DNA of 63,953 nt, filler included, from Thelocarpon superellum (lineage: Eukaryota), in assembly GCA_026025795.1 (NCBI GenBank). It is 3 parts of 3 records of this genome, joined end to end, with 100 filler letters (N's around TTAATTAATTAA, not from the genome) between each part and the next. Parts side by side here need not be neighbours in the genome. Positions count along the whole stretch, not along the records: positions 24,964 to 49,521 come from JAPEUG010000272.1; 2 more parts are not named here. One strand, 5' to 3'. Made by a program: the position numbers and the translations under genes. A model generated the notes under the pieces. The model worked only from the letters and a program-made list of their open reading frames with translations. It was not told where the DNA came from and made no database searches. Positions 36,408 through 48,649 of this stretch are shown one piece after another; position 1 is the stretch's first letter, and each line of letters starts with the position of its first letter.

Positions 36408-38741
36408 CTAGGAACCTTCCACGGCTACATCCCCTTCCGCGTCCGGCTCGGGCTCATCTAACAGGCCATGTTCGGCCAGGTGACGAATAGCACGCACGAC
36501 GAGCGTGTCTTCTTTCTCGCGGTCGTTTTCCAGCATCTGCATGACGCGCTCGAATCAGTCCCTGCAACCAACAATCGCGCGGATGGGTGTGCGACTGCGA
36601 TACGTACGCGCTGGTAGAGGCTTTTCCGCTGCTGTTTCACTCTCGTCCCTTTCTTGCCTGCTTGTCTGGCCGTGCCGCTCTCGTCGCCGATGGTCGAGTC
36701 GCGCTGGCCTTGGCCCTTGCTGTGGTGTTTCGGCAACTCGTGCAGAAAGCGACATCCCCCTCGCTTTTCGCTGTAGCTGCAACGACCGGTCTGTAGGAAA
36801 CGGCGGCAGATTTGGCCCGATTTCTCGCCTTGCCGTACCGCTGCTTTGTCTGGGCCTGTCCGTCGTGTCGATGACTCGTCTGGTGCCTCGTCGTCTGAGG
36901 AGGACGAGGGGGAGGATGAGGAGGCGTCGCTTGATGAGGTTTCATCCTCGGAGTCCGTCAGTGAGGATATTGACACTCCCGATGACATTGACACGCTCTC
37001 GTCCATCTTCTCCACCGCTTGAGTTTCCACCTCGGGTTCCGGTGGCTTCGACGTCATTTCTGGCGGAGAGAGAATCAATGACGGAGTCGGATTGTCCTCC
37101 TCGCCAATTTTTTCTTCGTCTTCCTGCGTGGCACCGGACTGCTTCTTTCCTTCATCAACGCCGTTGATTTCTTCCTCGTGCTTTCGTTTCCTCCTACTCG
37201 CCTCCGGCTCCGCATCTTTGCTCTCATCGGTTTTGGCCAGTTCCGCGTCTAGTTTGGCGAGTTGGCGCTTTTGCTTCTTGAGCTTTTTCCGAAGCTTCTC
37301 CCTCTTTTCCCGTGCCGCATCCGCTCCCGCTGCCCCCTTGATCCTCTTCGTCTCTCCTGAAGCCTCCGCAACCGACGCACCAGCGCGCTCAGACTGCTTT
37401 GATTTGTTCTTCGCTCGGAGTGCCTCCGTTCTGATCCGCTGTGCCTCTTGGACGCGGCGCTCCCGCTCCGCTTTCTTCTCTTCAACGCGTTTCTTGGTGG
37501 GGAATCGCTTTTTCCGCTCTTCAATCCACGCACAAATCTCCGCGGCGCTTCCGAGGGTCGAGGTCTGGCCTTTGTATTCAAATTGAAGTCTTGTTGTTCG
37601 TCAGTATCCTCATTCGCTTCCAACAACTGACGTGATCTTACTGTTGCTCCATCGCTTTCGCATTGCTTGCAAAGCTTGCCTCCTCATCTACTTCTTCCTC
37701 CTCACTCCCTTCGTGGTCTTCACCTTTTGGAGTGAGACCAAGGAGGTTGTGTTTGCGCCTCTTCTTTTTCCTTGTCGGATCATGGCCTACGCCACCCGAC
37801 TCTACGGTGGGAGGCTTCGCAGGCAATGTAGAGGATAGGAAACTCGGCACTGCCGGGGCAGCCTTGGGTCGAGGGGTACCGTCCGAGGGCTTTCGGAACG
37901 GGCGTGACTGCCCCTGCTGGGATTGGCCATGTCGGCGAGACTTAGGGGGAGAGTCGAATCGACCGGGAAGATTAGGCGCCGAAGAATGTTGGTTGAAAGC
38001 GTGCGGTATGCTGTGGGTGTCAGTGGCCTGCACATGCTTCCGACTGAAAGACACGAACGGAGCGGATTGGGCAGAGGGTTGCAGGTGTTGGGACTGTTGT
38101 ATATTCAGCGGATGTTGCTGTTCAAAGCCCATGCGGATAGGCGGCCCCATCAAGGCTGGTTGCTGACGGATCTCGCCGACGGCCGGCTGATGCGAAGGTG
38201 GCTGCACTTCTGCGACCGGCCCATGCGCTTGAAAATAGGTTTCGGAATTGGGAACAGGGAAAGATGGGTTATAAGAAGGTGTTGCGGTATGATTGTGGGC
38301 ATTTGGGCCAGTCATGTGAGGCAATTGCCCTTGAGGGATGAATGAATGTGGAGGTGGAGCAGGTACGGGCTGGGGATAAAAGGCGTGACTCGACAGCGGT
38401 AGTCCGCTGGAAGGATGGGTTGGCCATAGGGCGGACTGAGTGCCGTGCGAATTCTTCCCAAACGTCGGAGCCCCGGCTCCACTGGCTGGGGAGGGATAGA
38501 TGTTAGGGCCGGGTCCGGCGTGGCCACGGCCTCGATATCCCTGGCTTCCGCGAGACCCTCGAAAGCCATCGCCGCGACCTCGTCCTCTCCCTCTTCCCCC
38601 AGGGGGTTGGTGCCCTTGGGGGGGAAACCCCGATGAGTGTGGATATGACTGGGACGGTCCGCCATAGCCTTGGGCCGGACCAGTAGCTCTCGGGGGTGGA
38701 GGGGGCGGCGGAGGAAAGACAAAGGATTGGTTAGGCGTCAT
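36408..38741 (-). CDS. NUFIP1/Rsa1-domain protein with a CCCH zinc finger (box C/D snoRNP assembly factor-like), 3 exons
   Basis: FVFPPPPPPPP and RGG N-terminus, KKKRRKHNLLGLTP, spliced LQFEYKGQTSTLGSAAEICAWIEERKKRFPT (NUFIP1 motif), CRRFLQTGRCSYSEKRGGCRFLH, KSLYQR/MLENDRE. Confidence 0.82.
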
Positions 38742-39241
38742 GGCGCTACAGTACGACTGTCGATTTAAAGGAACCCTCGCCCATGGCAAGGTCAAATTCA
38801 CTTACCAAGAAGCGCAAAGGGATAAGCGATATGAAAGATCTTGCTGCTCGACACGGTCTTGTGTCCTGGTTGAATGAACGTCAATCGCTGGAGCTGTTGA
38901 GAGCGCGGCAAGAAAGCTCCGCTTCGGCAGAGAGTTTTTCCGTTCCGTCTTGCTCCCCGTCCAACAGAATTGCTCCAGCAGGCACCACAACCATTGGTAG
39001 TCGTGACAAGGGCTTGGGACTTCCAAGAGCGGTGGGATCCGGACTATTCTGTCATGCTCTCAACCCGAGCACGTCTACCTGATCAATAGAGCTTGGCTTC
39101 CCAGCTCAGCAATATATCTGATGTGGCGAAATAATTCGCTTCACTCATCAGATCTCGCGCGGGAGCTCGAGCTGGGGCATTTTGGATGCAAGGTGACGGC
39201 CAGTCTCTGATTGGCTAGAAGAGTCCAGCTCATGAGTGGAA

Positions 39242-40132
39242 ATGTTCATCCTTGTGAGCCCACCCATTCGAAGACCAAGAGCTGCCCTCCTGACGGGCCT
39301 AGACGACCATTTCGGATCTGATCCAAATTCTTCCACAAGACTTCCAAAAGCCCAGCGAAGAAGCGCTGGAGGACAACATCAACGAAAAGTATGCCAACAA
39401 GGTAGAGACTATGCATGGCTTCACATGAACGAAGTTCTCACGACGCTTCTAGGTCATCCAGAAGATAGGGCTCTGTGTCTGCTTATACGATCTCCTCGAA
39501 GCGTCCGAGGGACTGATCGGTCATGGAACGGGGATTGTCAACGTCAACGGTGAGGGAAAGGTCCCGTGTCTCTGCGAACGTGTGGCTGACGCTGTCAAAC
39601 AAGTCACATTTCGTTTGGTCGTCTTTCGACCTTTCAAAGGAGAGGTACTTACCGGCCGGATCAGCAGCTCGTCAGAACTTGGCATCAGAGGTAGTTGTGG
39701 ATGCTTCGTTCCTGGCGTACGCAGCTGAAGAAGATGCAGTCCAGGTCGACTTCTTCGACGAGATCCACATCCCGGAACATCTCCTCTTCAATGGCATGAA
39801 ATTGTGGGCGCCGCCATCTCTATTAGGATCTCAACCACTCACCCGTGGACAGTGACCAAAACGAGCAGATCTGGATCTGGGAGAACGAAGGGGAGACATA
39901 TTACTTGGACAAGATGGAACAGATCCGCTTCCGAGTCGAGTCGGAAGAGTGGAACGATCAGTCGCCGGTTGCACCTTCGGAACGAGGAGCAGCGGCGGCA
40001 CTAGAGCGGAAAAGTCCCTACGTGATTCGTGTGGGTGACCCAATTCAGGTGCAGCACCTTCTCGTCGTCGCTCACGGCTCAAAACAGGCATCAATGGCTC
40101 AAAGCGGTCTTGGCATGATCGACTGGTGGTGA
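39242..40132 (+). CDS. rpc25: RNA polymerase III subunit Rpc25 (RPC8), multi-exon
   Basis: MFIL/TTISDLIQILPQDFQKPSEEALEDNINEKYANK/VIQKIGLCVCLYDLLEASEGLIGHGTG../VTFRLVVFRPFKGEVL..; ends ASMAQSGLGMIDWW*. Confidence 0.93.
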
Positions 40133-40271
40133 AGCACCTCGGAGTAGGCGGGAACGGTCGGGGCATCGGGCGTTGGACATGAGTTCTGAAGTCACCTATG
40201 ACTAGGTCTGCTCCGACAAGGCAAGCAATGTGAAACGATATAGTTCTACCAAAATGATCCATCGAAACCCC

Positions 40272-40924
40272 TCATTCTCTCTCTCCCTCTTCTTGCTGAG
40301 CCCTTACTTTCCGCTCCTCCTCGTCCCGGTTTTGCTTCTCGTAGTGCTCGATGAGGGTGGTCAAGTCGCCGCCGCTATGTCCCGCGATGTGGTTGTAGGG
40401 ACTGCCCGTGTTGAAGATCCTGTGATTGGAACGATGAGTCCAAGACGCACGGCACGTCGTCTGGGCCAAGACTTACTCGGGAAACCTCAATTCGACCGTG
40501 GCATTCTTCCTCGAACTCTGGAACAGATTTCGATCGAACGCGGCCTGCTCGACCATCTTCGAGTGTAATGAGTTCCGTTGCTCCCACAACTCCTGGTAGT
40601 CGCTCCAGCCATCGATGAGACGTGTGAAATACGGCTCGGACCCGTCCGCGGGCTGGGAGAGCTTGTAGAGGGCGAGCGCGATAGGAATGGAAGCGAGACT
40701 GATGTAGAAGCCTCTCTGAGCGGCGTGACCGATGTGAGATTAGTTTCGTCCTTTGAATGAGGGGGCGAACGGGGAATTCATACGCCGAAGCTCTCGTTCA
40801 CCGGTGCAGCGTGGTGTTGAGAGTGGGCGCCATGTTCGGAGCTGGCGTGACGCCGAGCGGTATGCCGCACGTAAACACGGTTCTTAAGTAAGGAGGTCCT
40901 TCCAATTCGCCCGACGGCGGGCAT
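40272..40924 (-). CDS. NADH:ubiquinone oxidoreductase 17.8-kDa accessory subunit (fungal nuo-17.8-like), 3 exons
   Basis: Mitochondrial presequence ..ARRHASSEHGAH, spliced VNESFG/RGFYISLASIPIALALYKLSQP (TM), WEQRNSLHSKMVEQAAFDRNLF..ELRFPE/IFNTGSPYNHIAGH..IEHY. Confidence 0.85.
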
Positions 40925-41234
40925 CTTGTTCTGGCCTCGATGGAGGAATGTTCCCAGCAGCCTCAGCTTCATTCGTTCGACCGTCTCATCACTGTCCCGA
41001 GACGACACGCCCTGGGGTTGCTGTGCAGCTCGCAGTCATGCTTAGTCATGAATACTTGCCGAACCTCGAATGCCGAACCTCAGCTTCGTGTCCGAGCTTC
41101 CTGGCATCAGAGAGCTATCCTCTCAAAGTTCATTGACGGAGAGAAGGTAGATCTAATTGTTCATGCGACCGAGCACATAATGATCCTGTCCACTTGACCG
41201 TCGACGTGTGTTGGGGGGCATTCGGCCGACCGAT

Positions 41235-41705
41235 ATGAAACCATTCGCCACGACCCTCGCGCTCCTCATACATCTTTCCCTCACCTACGCCACAACACAG
41301 TCTCCCTTGTCCGCAGAGGATGTCGTGCCCAGCGAGAGCGATCAAGTTTGCGACTTGTCGAACCCTCAGGATTGCTTTCCCGCTGTGTTCATTCCCACCC
41401 TGGCCTTCCAGCGAATCCGAGAAGGTCAATCCATCCCGCCGGGACTCCACATCCGGCTCAATGTGCAGACGGGCGAGAAAGAGGCAAGGTTGAACGTCCC
41501 GTTGGTGGGGGAGGACGACGGTGCAAGTGCCAAGCTTTCCGTGGGCAGTGTGCTGGCGGAAGTTTCTCAACCAGTACATGAGGTGGACCATGTCGCCATG
41601 GGAGCGGAGCATCAGGCCGAAGGCGTCGAAGACGGTGTGTCTGACGGCGACAGTGGATCGCAGACAGGGATCATGTTGTCAGATGCACTCAAAGACGAAT
41701 TATAG
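41235..41705 (+). CDS. Sil1 N-terminal-domain-only ER protein (156 aa, signal peptide, C-terminal KDEL)
   Basis: MKPFATTLALLIHLSLTYA signal peptide; VCDLSNPQDCFPAVFIPTLAFQRIREGQSIPPGLHIRLNVQTGEKEARLN matches the Sil1 N-terminal motif; ends DALKDEL* 67 bp from the convergent gene. Confidence 0.85.
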   Translation: MKPFATTLALLIHLSLTYATTQSPLSAEDVVPSESDQVCDLSNPQDCFPAVFIPTLAFQRIREGQSIPPGLHIRLNVQTGEKEARLNVPLVGEDDGASAKLSVGSVLAEVSQPVHEVDHVAMGAEHQAEGVEDGVSDGDSGSQTGIMLSDALKDEL

Positions 41706-41772
41706 CATGACCTATGTGTCGTTGCCCTGCATTGCCTCCGCCACGTCCTGCTCGAGCTAGCTCCGTCGAACC

Positions 41773-43600
41773 TCACGACAGCGTCCATTCGTCCGAGATC
41801 TCGCTGGCGATACGCCGAAGTTTAGCCCACTCTACCTCCATCGCTTCGGGGCTCAACAGCTGTCGCGTTCTGTATTCCTGGCTCGACTCCATGTCCACCT
41901 TGACCTGCTCCAGCTTCCTCTTCACTTGGAGGGCAAATAGGGTGTTAGTCCCATGACTCTTGTCGACATTCTCTTCGACCTCTTTCAGCAACGCCCACAC
42001 GACAAGCCCGTACTCGAGGCGATACTTTTCGAGGCCCTTGACTTCTTCGGGCTCCGCCTCAGAGGCCTGAGCCACGAAGATCATGAGCCTCGCGAGCGCC
42101 CACTTGTGTATCACTCGCATTGGATGCCACGGTAATGGGTACAGAAGAGGATCAGTGTAGAAATACACTTCCAATAGCCGGGCTAGACCTTGGATCCACT
42201 GGTGGGCAACCACGTGTGCGGTGCTCAATTCCAGACGGACTGTCGGCCATGGTTGTCGTGAGACAGGCCAATTTGGGCTGGCTTTCTTCATCTGCCTAGA
42301 GAGCTTCAGATATCGCTCCACCCGCGGCGGCTCCGGCGACAAAGCCTGGATATCCTCGTCGATCTCGGCTAAAATGCTTGCTTCCAGCTTTCGGATCGCT
42401 GGAGTGTTCATCGTGTCGTTGCCCACATCTGTAGGGGAAGATGGGCCCTGAAGGCATCGAGCGCAGGCACACTGGAAGAAATATCGTGCTTTCAGTTCCT
42501 GTTGACGATGGTGATATGGTTGAGTGCCGTCGATATAGCTGATGGTGATTTCTTCATCTTTCTTGATTGACTTAAGTGATCGTAGGACCAAGCGGGCTCT
42601 GTCGAAGGTGACAATTGCGTTGGGATCGCATGAATGGTTCGCCGATGAGACCAGGGTGTCCAGACAAGAGCCAAGCGGGTCGAAAGTGGCCGTCACAAGA
42701 GTCATGGTGTTGATTTGTATCTAGACAATGACACGAGACGTGAGGGAGAGCAATCTTTCCGACCAAATGCGCAGAAAAGAGGGACGTACCCGACAACAGA
42801 GGTCAACGACAAAATCTTCGCTGAAGGTGGTCTTTGAGAATCTATGTGCGCCTTTGCTCCCCCATGAGATGTGCTCCCATGGCTCTCCACCCGCCTTCTC
42901 TAGCTCTTGTCGATGGGAGCGCAGTCGTGAGATCGACTCCCACTGCTCATCCGATAAGGCATGGTTTTTGTGCATAAGAAGCAGCTGGGTGACCATCCGG
43001 ATCGAACACGGCAGGATGTTCGGCTTTAACGCAGAAAACATGTTGCATTCATATTTGTGGTGTCGTTTCCACGCTTCACTCTGGCATTTCTGCGAAGTCG
43101 ATGAATGTCAGCGCTCCGGTCACAGACCAGTCAGAGGGACGAAACAGAGGCAGCGGTGATCTCGATAGCGCCGTCATCGATAGCACAAGCAACCATGCCG
43201 CGGATCGATCCTTTGCAACACTTCGAATGGTAGACAAATGGTCATTCAGACTCAAGGAAGGACAGATATCGCACGGCAAGACCCCAGTAAAGGTCCCCGT
43301 CTGGCACTATATCGAAGACGAGCTCACCTTTGAACAATACCGAACCACGTTGCAACCCGCACATCTCTTGAGGCTTGGTGGATATTCTTCCAAAGAATCC
43401 CAACCTACACTGCCAGGGCCCTCTTTCAAGCAGTAGGAACACCATGCGTGGAGACGTACGGTGGACAAAAGGGTCAACAACGGTTGGCCTAGCGAAAGGA
43501 CCTGCTGTCCAGGGCCGAGATCAGTGGCCGCGAACAGCCCAACCTGGTCAGCGCCGACGGCTGAGGAGCCGGTGTAGACTGCGTCATAGGCATCTGCCAT
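41773..43600 (-). CDS. SET and MYND domain lysine methyltransferase (SMYD-like), 3 exons
   Basis: GLFAATDLGPGQQVL (SET-N), CSYC..KRCAGCNVVRYCSK/KCQSEAWKRHHKYEC (MYND), ANHSCDPNA, EEITISYID, post-SET YFFQCACARC. Confidence 0.92.
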
Positions 43601-45198
43601 TGTTGGTGCAGATGCTTGCTACTTTTGGGAGACCAGGATCTTCATCATCTGCCTCAGCGCACGAGTGATGTCGACTTGGATTTCGGCAACTTCCTCGGAA
43701 ACTTCCTCATGATGGCTGCGTCTGACACTGTCCAAGCATGGATTGCACAACCCACGCTCGAGCCAGGCATACACTCTGACTGTCGCACTTTCGCCGTGAC
43801 TAACCACAAGAATCTCTCTCTATTCCTGCCAGACAGATTGCCCTTTTTCAGAAAGGGAGATCGAGAAGACGAGAATGGTCCTTGAATTGTCCAAGTCGCG
43901 ATCTATGACCCCGCCAAGCGGAAACGGGCACTATCCCCACGAGCGCCTCTCTATCCATGCTGAGCCAAGGGCCTGCGCGTAAGTCACGATCAACCTACAG
44001 CGACACAAGTCCTCTCGGTGGTCTTTGAGTGTCTCTTCGTGCATCCGCCGCCTCACTGACGCCGGTCTTGGGTTATATCACCACAAATGCATCTCCAAGA
44101 GGCGTGGGCATCACGTCGCGTTAGTAGCTGAGCATGACAGGTCGGTTGTGGAGACAGTTGACCCCTCCCGGTTTCACCATCACCCTGACATTGTCGCACG
44201 GCCCTAACGCCTCATGCCTGCTAGACAGGCGTTGCTCAAGAAGGTCTGGTGCTTCGGCATGACAGGTCACTGACTCCTGAGACCGAAGATTCCAGTTCAC
44301 TATGCCACTGTGTTCTCTTTGGTAAAGACACGAGCCTGGCAGGACGCGAGGAGAAGGACGGCTAGGTATCACGGAACAGCCAAGAATTGCCACCCGTCGA
44401 AGCGAAACGCGTAGGGCCACGACAGAGACTCCAGATACGAAGGCCAACGTCTGATTAGAACAATCCTTGTAGGCGAGGTGGAGCATGACGCTTGCATAAT
44501 ACTTGACGCCATCCATATACCGCGCGCTGAAGACTGAGGCCGAGAAGGGGTCTGGAAGGGCGGTCTAAGGCGAAGAAGATTATTGGCTGCGATCGCGAAG
44601 CTCGTCGTGGGTCCTTGAGGTGAAGAAGTGGATCATGGCAGCTGTACGGTCCACGAGCCCCCACATTCTTGGATTCCATCTTCCATATGCTCTCCAGCAA
44701 TCCTCATAATCCATGACAACCGACTCAGTGTCAAGGGATGGCTTATGCATGACTTCTTCCGAGCTTTGGTGTGCAACGCTCCTTGCCTGGGCTAGCACTT
44801 CAGGGGTGGCCGGCTACTGTGACGTTGGTGTCTGGTCCAGGATCGTGCCGATCACGCCAGTGACTGTCTACTCATGCTTCGTACGGTACCCTGCTCCACG
44901 ACAATGCATAGCTACAGAATCTGTCAATCCGTCTCGCTCCTGGCCCCGCGCCCGAGGCCCAGGACTCGACCAGACACGTTTCAACGGAAGCAGAGCCTGC
45001 GGAGTCATGGCTTCATGCCCGTCAACCGCTCCGTACTTGGTGGTCATACAAGTATGGACGGCGGATAGCTTCTCGAGCTGTTTTCTTCCACCGCCTCCCA
45101 CCTCTAGTGTCCAATGCCGGTGGATCGTATGGTGAGGCGGGGAAGCTGTCGGAATTCGTCAACGTGTGCAGCCGGTCTGCCCATCTCTCACTCACACA

Positions 45199-46829
45199 AT
45201 GGCCTCTGCCATGTCAAAGTCCTTGCTTTTGGTGGCGGCAGTCCACTTGTTCCTTCCCGCCCTGTCCGCCGCCTGCAATCCCACCCAGACAAGTACGAGC
45301 CCCCGAGTATCCAGTGGCTGTGGGTCGTGGTATTGACAGAGATCCAGCATGTCCGCCCGACCCGGCGTTGGGCGGTTCCGCCTTCTTCGATTTCACTCTG
45401 GGATCCTCGAGCATGTGGACGCCCACGGGAGGCGCTCCGACGTACAACGAGACGGGAGCAAGCTTCACCGTGGCCAAGTCAGGCGATTCGCCGCAGATCA
45501 ACAGTAATTTCTACATCATGTTTGGGAAGGTGGACGTCGTGATGCAGACGACACATGGCGGCGGCTTGGTCAGCGCCGTCACGCTGCAGTCAGACGATTT
45601 GGACGAGATTGACTGGGAATGGACGGGTAACGGTCCCGACACGGTGCAATCGAACTACTTCAGCAAAGGAGGCGGGGCCTTGACGGACCGCGGCAGCACC
45701 AGTCCCAACCCGGGGCATGAGCAGGCCTTCCATAAATACAGCCTCACCTGGACCGGGACCCAGATGGAGTGGTCCATCGACGACGCCGTCATTCGCACAG
45801 TCACTGCACAACACTCCGGGGCGGAATATCCGCAGACGCCTATGCAGGTCAAGGTGGGCGCGTGGAGTGGTGGCGACTCACACAACCCTCCCGGCACGAT
45901 CCGTAAGTCCCCTCGGCGTCGCCTCCAAGCTCCTGGCCGTTGCTGATACGTCTGCAGAATGGGCTGGTGGTCCGACGAACTATGCCGCCGGTCCCTTTAC
46001 AATGATCGTCAAAAGCATTACGGTGGCGGATTTTTCCACCGGCACCAGTTACTCCTACGGCGATACAACTGGGACATTGCAATCCATCAAATCCCTTGGA
46101 GGCAGCATCAACCCGGGCGCGTCAGTGGCCAGCGGTCCGATGTCGACAGCGTCCATGGGAGCATCAGCCCCGTCGGCCGGATCGAGCGCAAGTGCGACTT
46201 CCCTGACGGGCATCGGAGCGGCCCCTACCACATCTTCCTCGACCGGAACCACGGCGGGCCGGGCCCCGTCGGCAGTAGCGACCGGGACGCCAACAGCCTT
46301 CATGACAAGCGATGCGCTAGGCTCGTCGGTGTTGACCACCGTGACCCCTGTCGTCCTCTCGACCACTGATGCACAGGGACCGACAGCTGTTACAGTCACC
46401 CCCATTGTGCTTAGTAGCACCTCGGTGGGAGGTGTCTTAGTGCCGGTCACCATCACCCCAGCGCTTATGCCATCGACGAATGAACAAGGCTCGCCGGTCT
46501 TACAGGCGTTGACGCCGCAGATCACCACCTCTGTGGATGCCCAGGGAGTACCCTACCCCGCCGTCGTCACCCCTCCCGTCAGCTTAGCCCTCAGCTCGCA
46601 AGGATTCTTGCTGCCCAGCAGCAATTTGACCACGATGGGCTTGATGGGCACGATGGGCATTATAGGCACCGTCACACAGCCTCCGGGATCGCCGGCAACC
46701 CAAACCCCGACCTCAACAGGAAAGCTGGCGCATAGCGCACCGATCGACAATGGGGCTTGCAAGCCATCCTCCACCAGCATGCTGGGTGTCGTTGCGTATG
46801 TCGTGCTTGGAATGCTATCTTTTCTGTGA
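45199..46829 (+). CDS. GH16 Crh-family chitin/glucan transglycosylase, Ser/Thr-rich, probably GPI-anchored, 3 exons
   Basis: Signal MASAMSKSLLLVAAVHLFLPALSA, CNPTQT/TCPPDPALG, catalytic SDDLDEIDWEW, YPQTPMQVKVGAWSGGD..GTI/QWAGG, hydrophobic C-terminus MLGVVAYVVLGMLSFL. Confidence 0.92.
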
Positions 46830-47161
46830 GCGCGCAGCAAAGTCTCGACTTATCATTGGGGTCGATCTATGATACGACACTGGCATCTGCTTTCTGGGTC
46901 ATCCGAGCGGCGCTGCATCTTCATGTCCGGGCTTTTTGACGTGGACGGGATTGATGGCAGACTTAGGTCACTTCACGTATGGTATATAGATCACGCAAGT
47001 ACATTTACTTATGTCATGGACTGCAGTGACTACGAATCCTGTTTACGGTCAAAAGGTAGACCCATAAAAGAAGGCCACCAACTCCTTTGTGTTGCAGGTA
47101 TCAATGTGCTGTCATCTCAAGACGACGACCTCGGCACGTCATTCGCAGCCTCTGAACCCCA

Positions 47162-48096
47162 CTATTCTCCATGTAACTCATGCGGCCTCCGCTGTCCCCT
47201 CAACTCGGACGTTGCGCTCTCATTCCCTCCCAGCTCATTGGGGCTGGCTGGCCCAGCCTGGGGCGCTTGCATAGCAATGGGCCTCTGCGCCGGAAGTGAG
47301 CCATCTGGCCGTGACGACGTCCTTCTCTGTCGCACGAAGAGCCCAGAAGGACCAGCGCTGCTATCACGGCGAGGCCCCCGATCGTAGCTCCGATACCTGT
47401 TCCCGCCTTTGCGCTGGCGCTGAGCTGGGATGAGCTGGGTGAGCTGGTGGAAAATGCGGTAGAGCTGCTTGAGATACCTGCACCTGAAGACGTAGATGTC
47501 GACGTTGTCGATGAGGAGCTGGACGGGGCAGAGGATAAGGTGGACGTTGACGTCGAAGAAAAGCCCGCCGAGACTGCCTTGAGACTTTGCGCCGCCGTGG
47601 CTTCAAACGTCTCGTTGGTCAACGGGTCCTGCCAGGAGGTGCCATCAGGCCCGACACCGCGACAAGTCCAGAGACCCGTATTGGGAATTTAGACGACGTC
47701 AGGCAGGGCCTGATCGCCTGTGAATTTACACTCCTGTCGGCTCGTACTCGGACAGGTTCTGCCAGCCTGAAATCCACGATCAACTCACCACAGATTTGAG
47801 TGCACGCGGGACTCGACATGGTTGGATCGGTAGAGGCAGCAAGACAGTATCCGCTGCCGCCATTCAGAGGATGGGTAAAGTGGCAGAAGGTCGGGCCTTG
47901 CGAGAGACAGGAGTCTGCACTTGCATAGCAGGGGAGAGCCCATAAGAGGACGCAGTGCTGCCGCTTGGATGTTGCCAGACTGGCCACCATCCACGGTTGA
48001 GCCATTCTCGATGCAATAGTAGTCTCCTGCGACCAGCGGATAATTCACGAGGAGTAGGAGACATGATGCTAGATGGAGAAGGACAGGAATGGTCAT
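47162..48096 (-). pseudogene. Disrupted single-pass cell-surface protein gene (Cys-rich ectodomain, Ser/Thr stalk, Mid2-like TM, ELxG tail)
   Basis: Signal peptide and Cys-rich domain lie in different frames (shift near 47950). In-frame TAA at 47689-47691. A second frameshift just after the TM LSASAKAGTGIGATIGGLAVIAALVLLG separates it from the LFVRQRR..NELGG..SELRG..HELHGE* tail. Confidence 0.72.
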
Positions 48097-48596
48097 GATG
48101 GATTGAGATGCAGCGGGGAGAAATGTTCCTCATACCGCACCGGGTCGATATCCTGCAGAGGTCGCATGCTCGATATGACCGTCGGAGATATCATAGGACA
48201 TGAGTTCTCCAATCCTAGATTACGCTCCAGAAAACTTTTGGCTCCCCAATTGCCGAGGGGCAGCGTCGCAGCGTTTTAACGTTGACAAGGCGAAGTCCTC
48301 CGTCATTGAAACCACTACGTCAAGGCTAAGTCCTCTATCACTAAGGACGCTAGATCGAAACCCAGCGGTACCCGTACTCTGTACTGCACAGCTTCCTTAC
48401 GGCCATTGCGTTCGCCCAGATTTGCAGGTCACGGCGGCCAGTGGTACATCACGGATCATCTGTACGCTTGAACATGAGATTGTATGAGTATTTTTGTTTG
48501 CTATATCGAGCTGCGTGGACCTTTTGTTGAAGTTTAGCAAGTATAACGCCGCGTGACTGAGGATTAGTCACACAATGTCTGTGATGTCGTCTATCG

Positions 48597-48649
48597 AGGT
48601 CGCCGTAATGGGTCAGGTCGCCGTAATGGTCAGGTCGCCGTAATGTCAG
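48597..48649 (+). repeat. Three-copy tandem repeat AGGTCGCCGTAAT(G)nTC
   Basis: Units of 18, 17 and 16 bp differing only in the G run (GGG, GG, G). Confidence 0.85.

Noticed and set aside
43090..43328. Unusually long (about 240 nt) first intron of the SET-MYND gene as an ncRNA host
   Set aside because: No convincing C/D or H/ACA box arrangement or terminal stem could be identified by eye.
48597..48649. CRISPR-like array
   Set aside because: Directly adjacent repeats without spacers in a eukaryotic genome; no cas genes.
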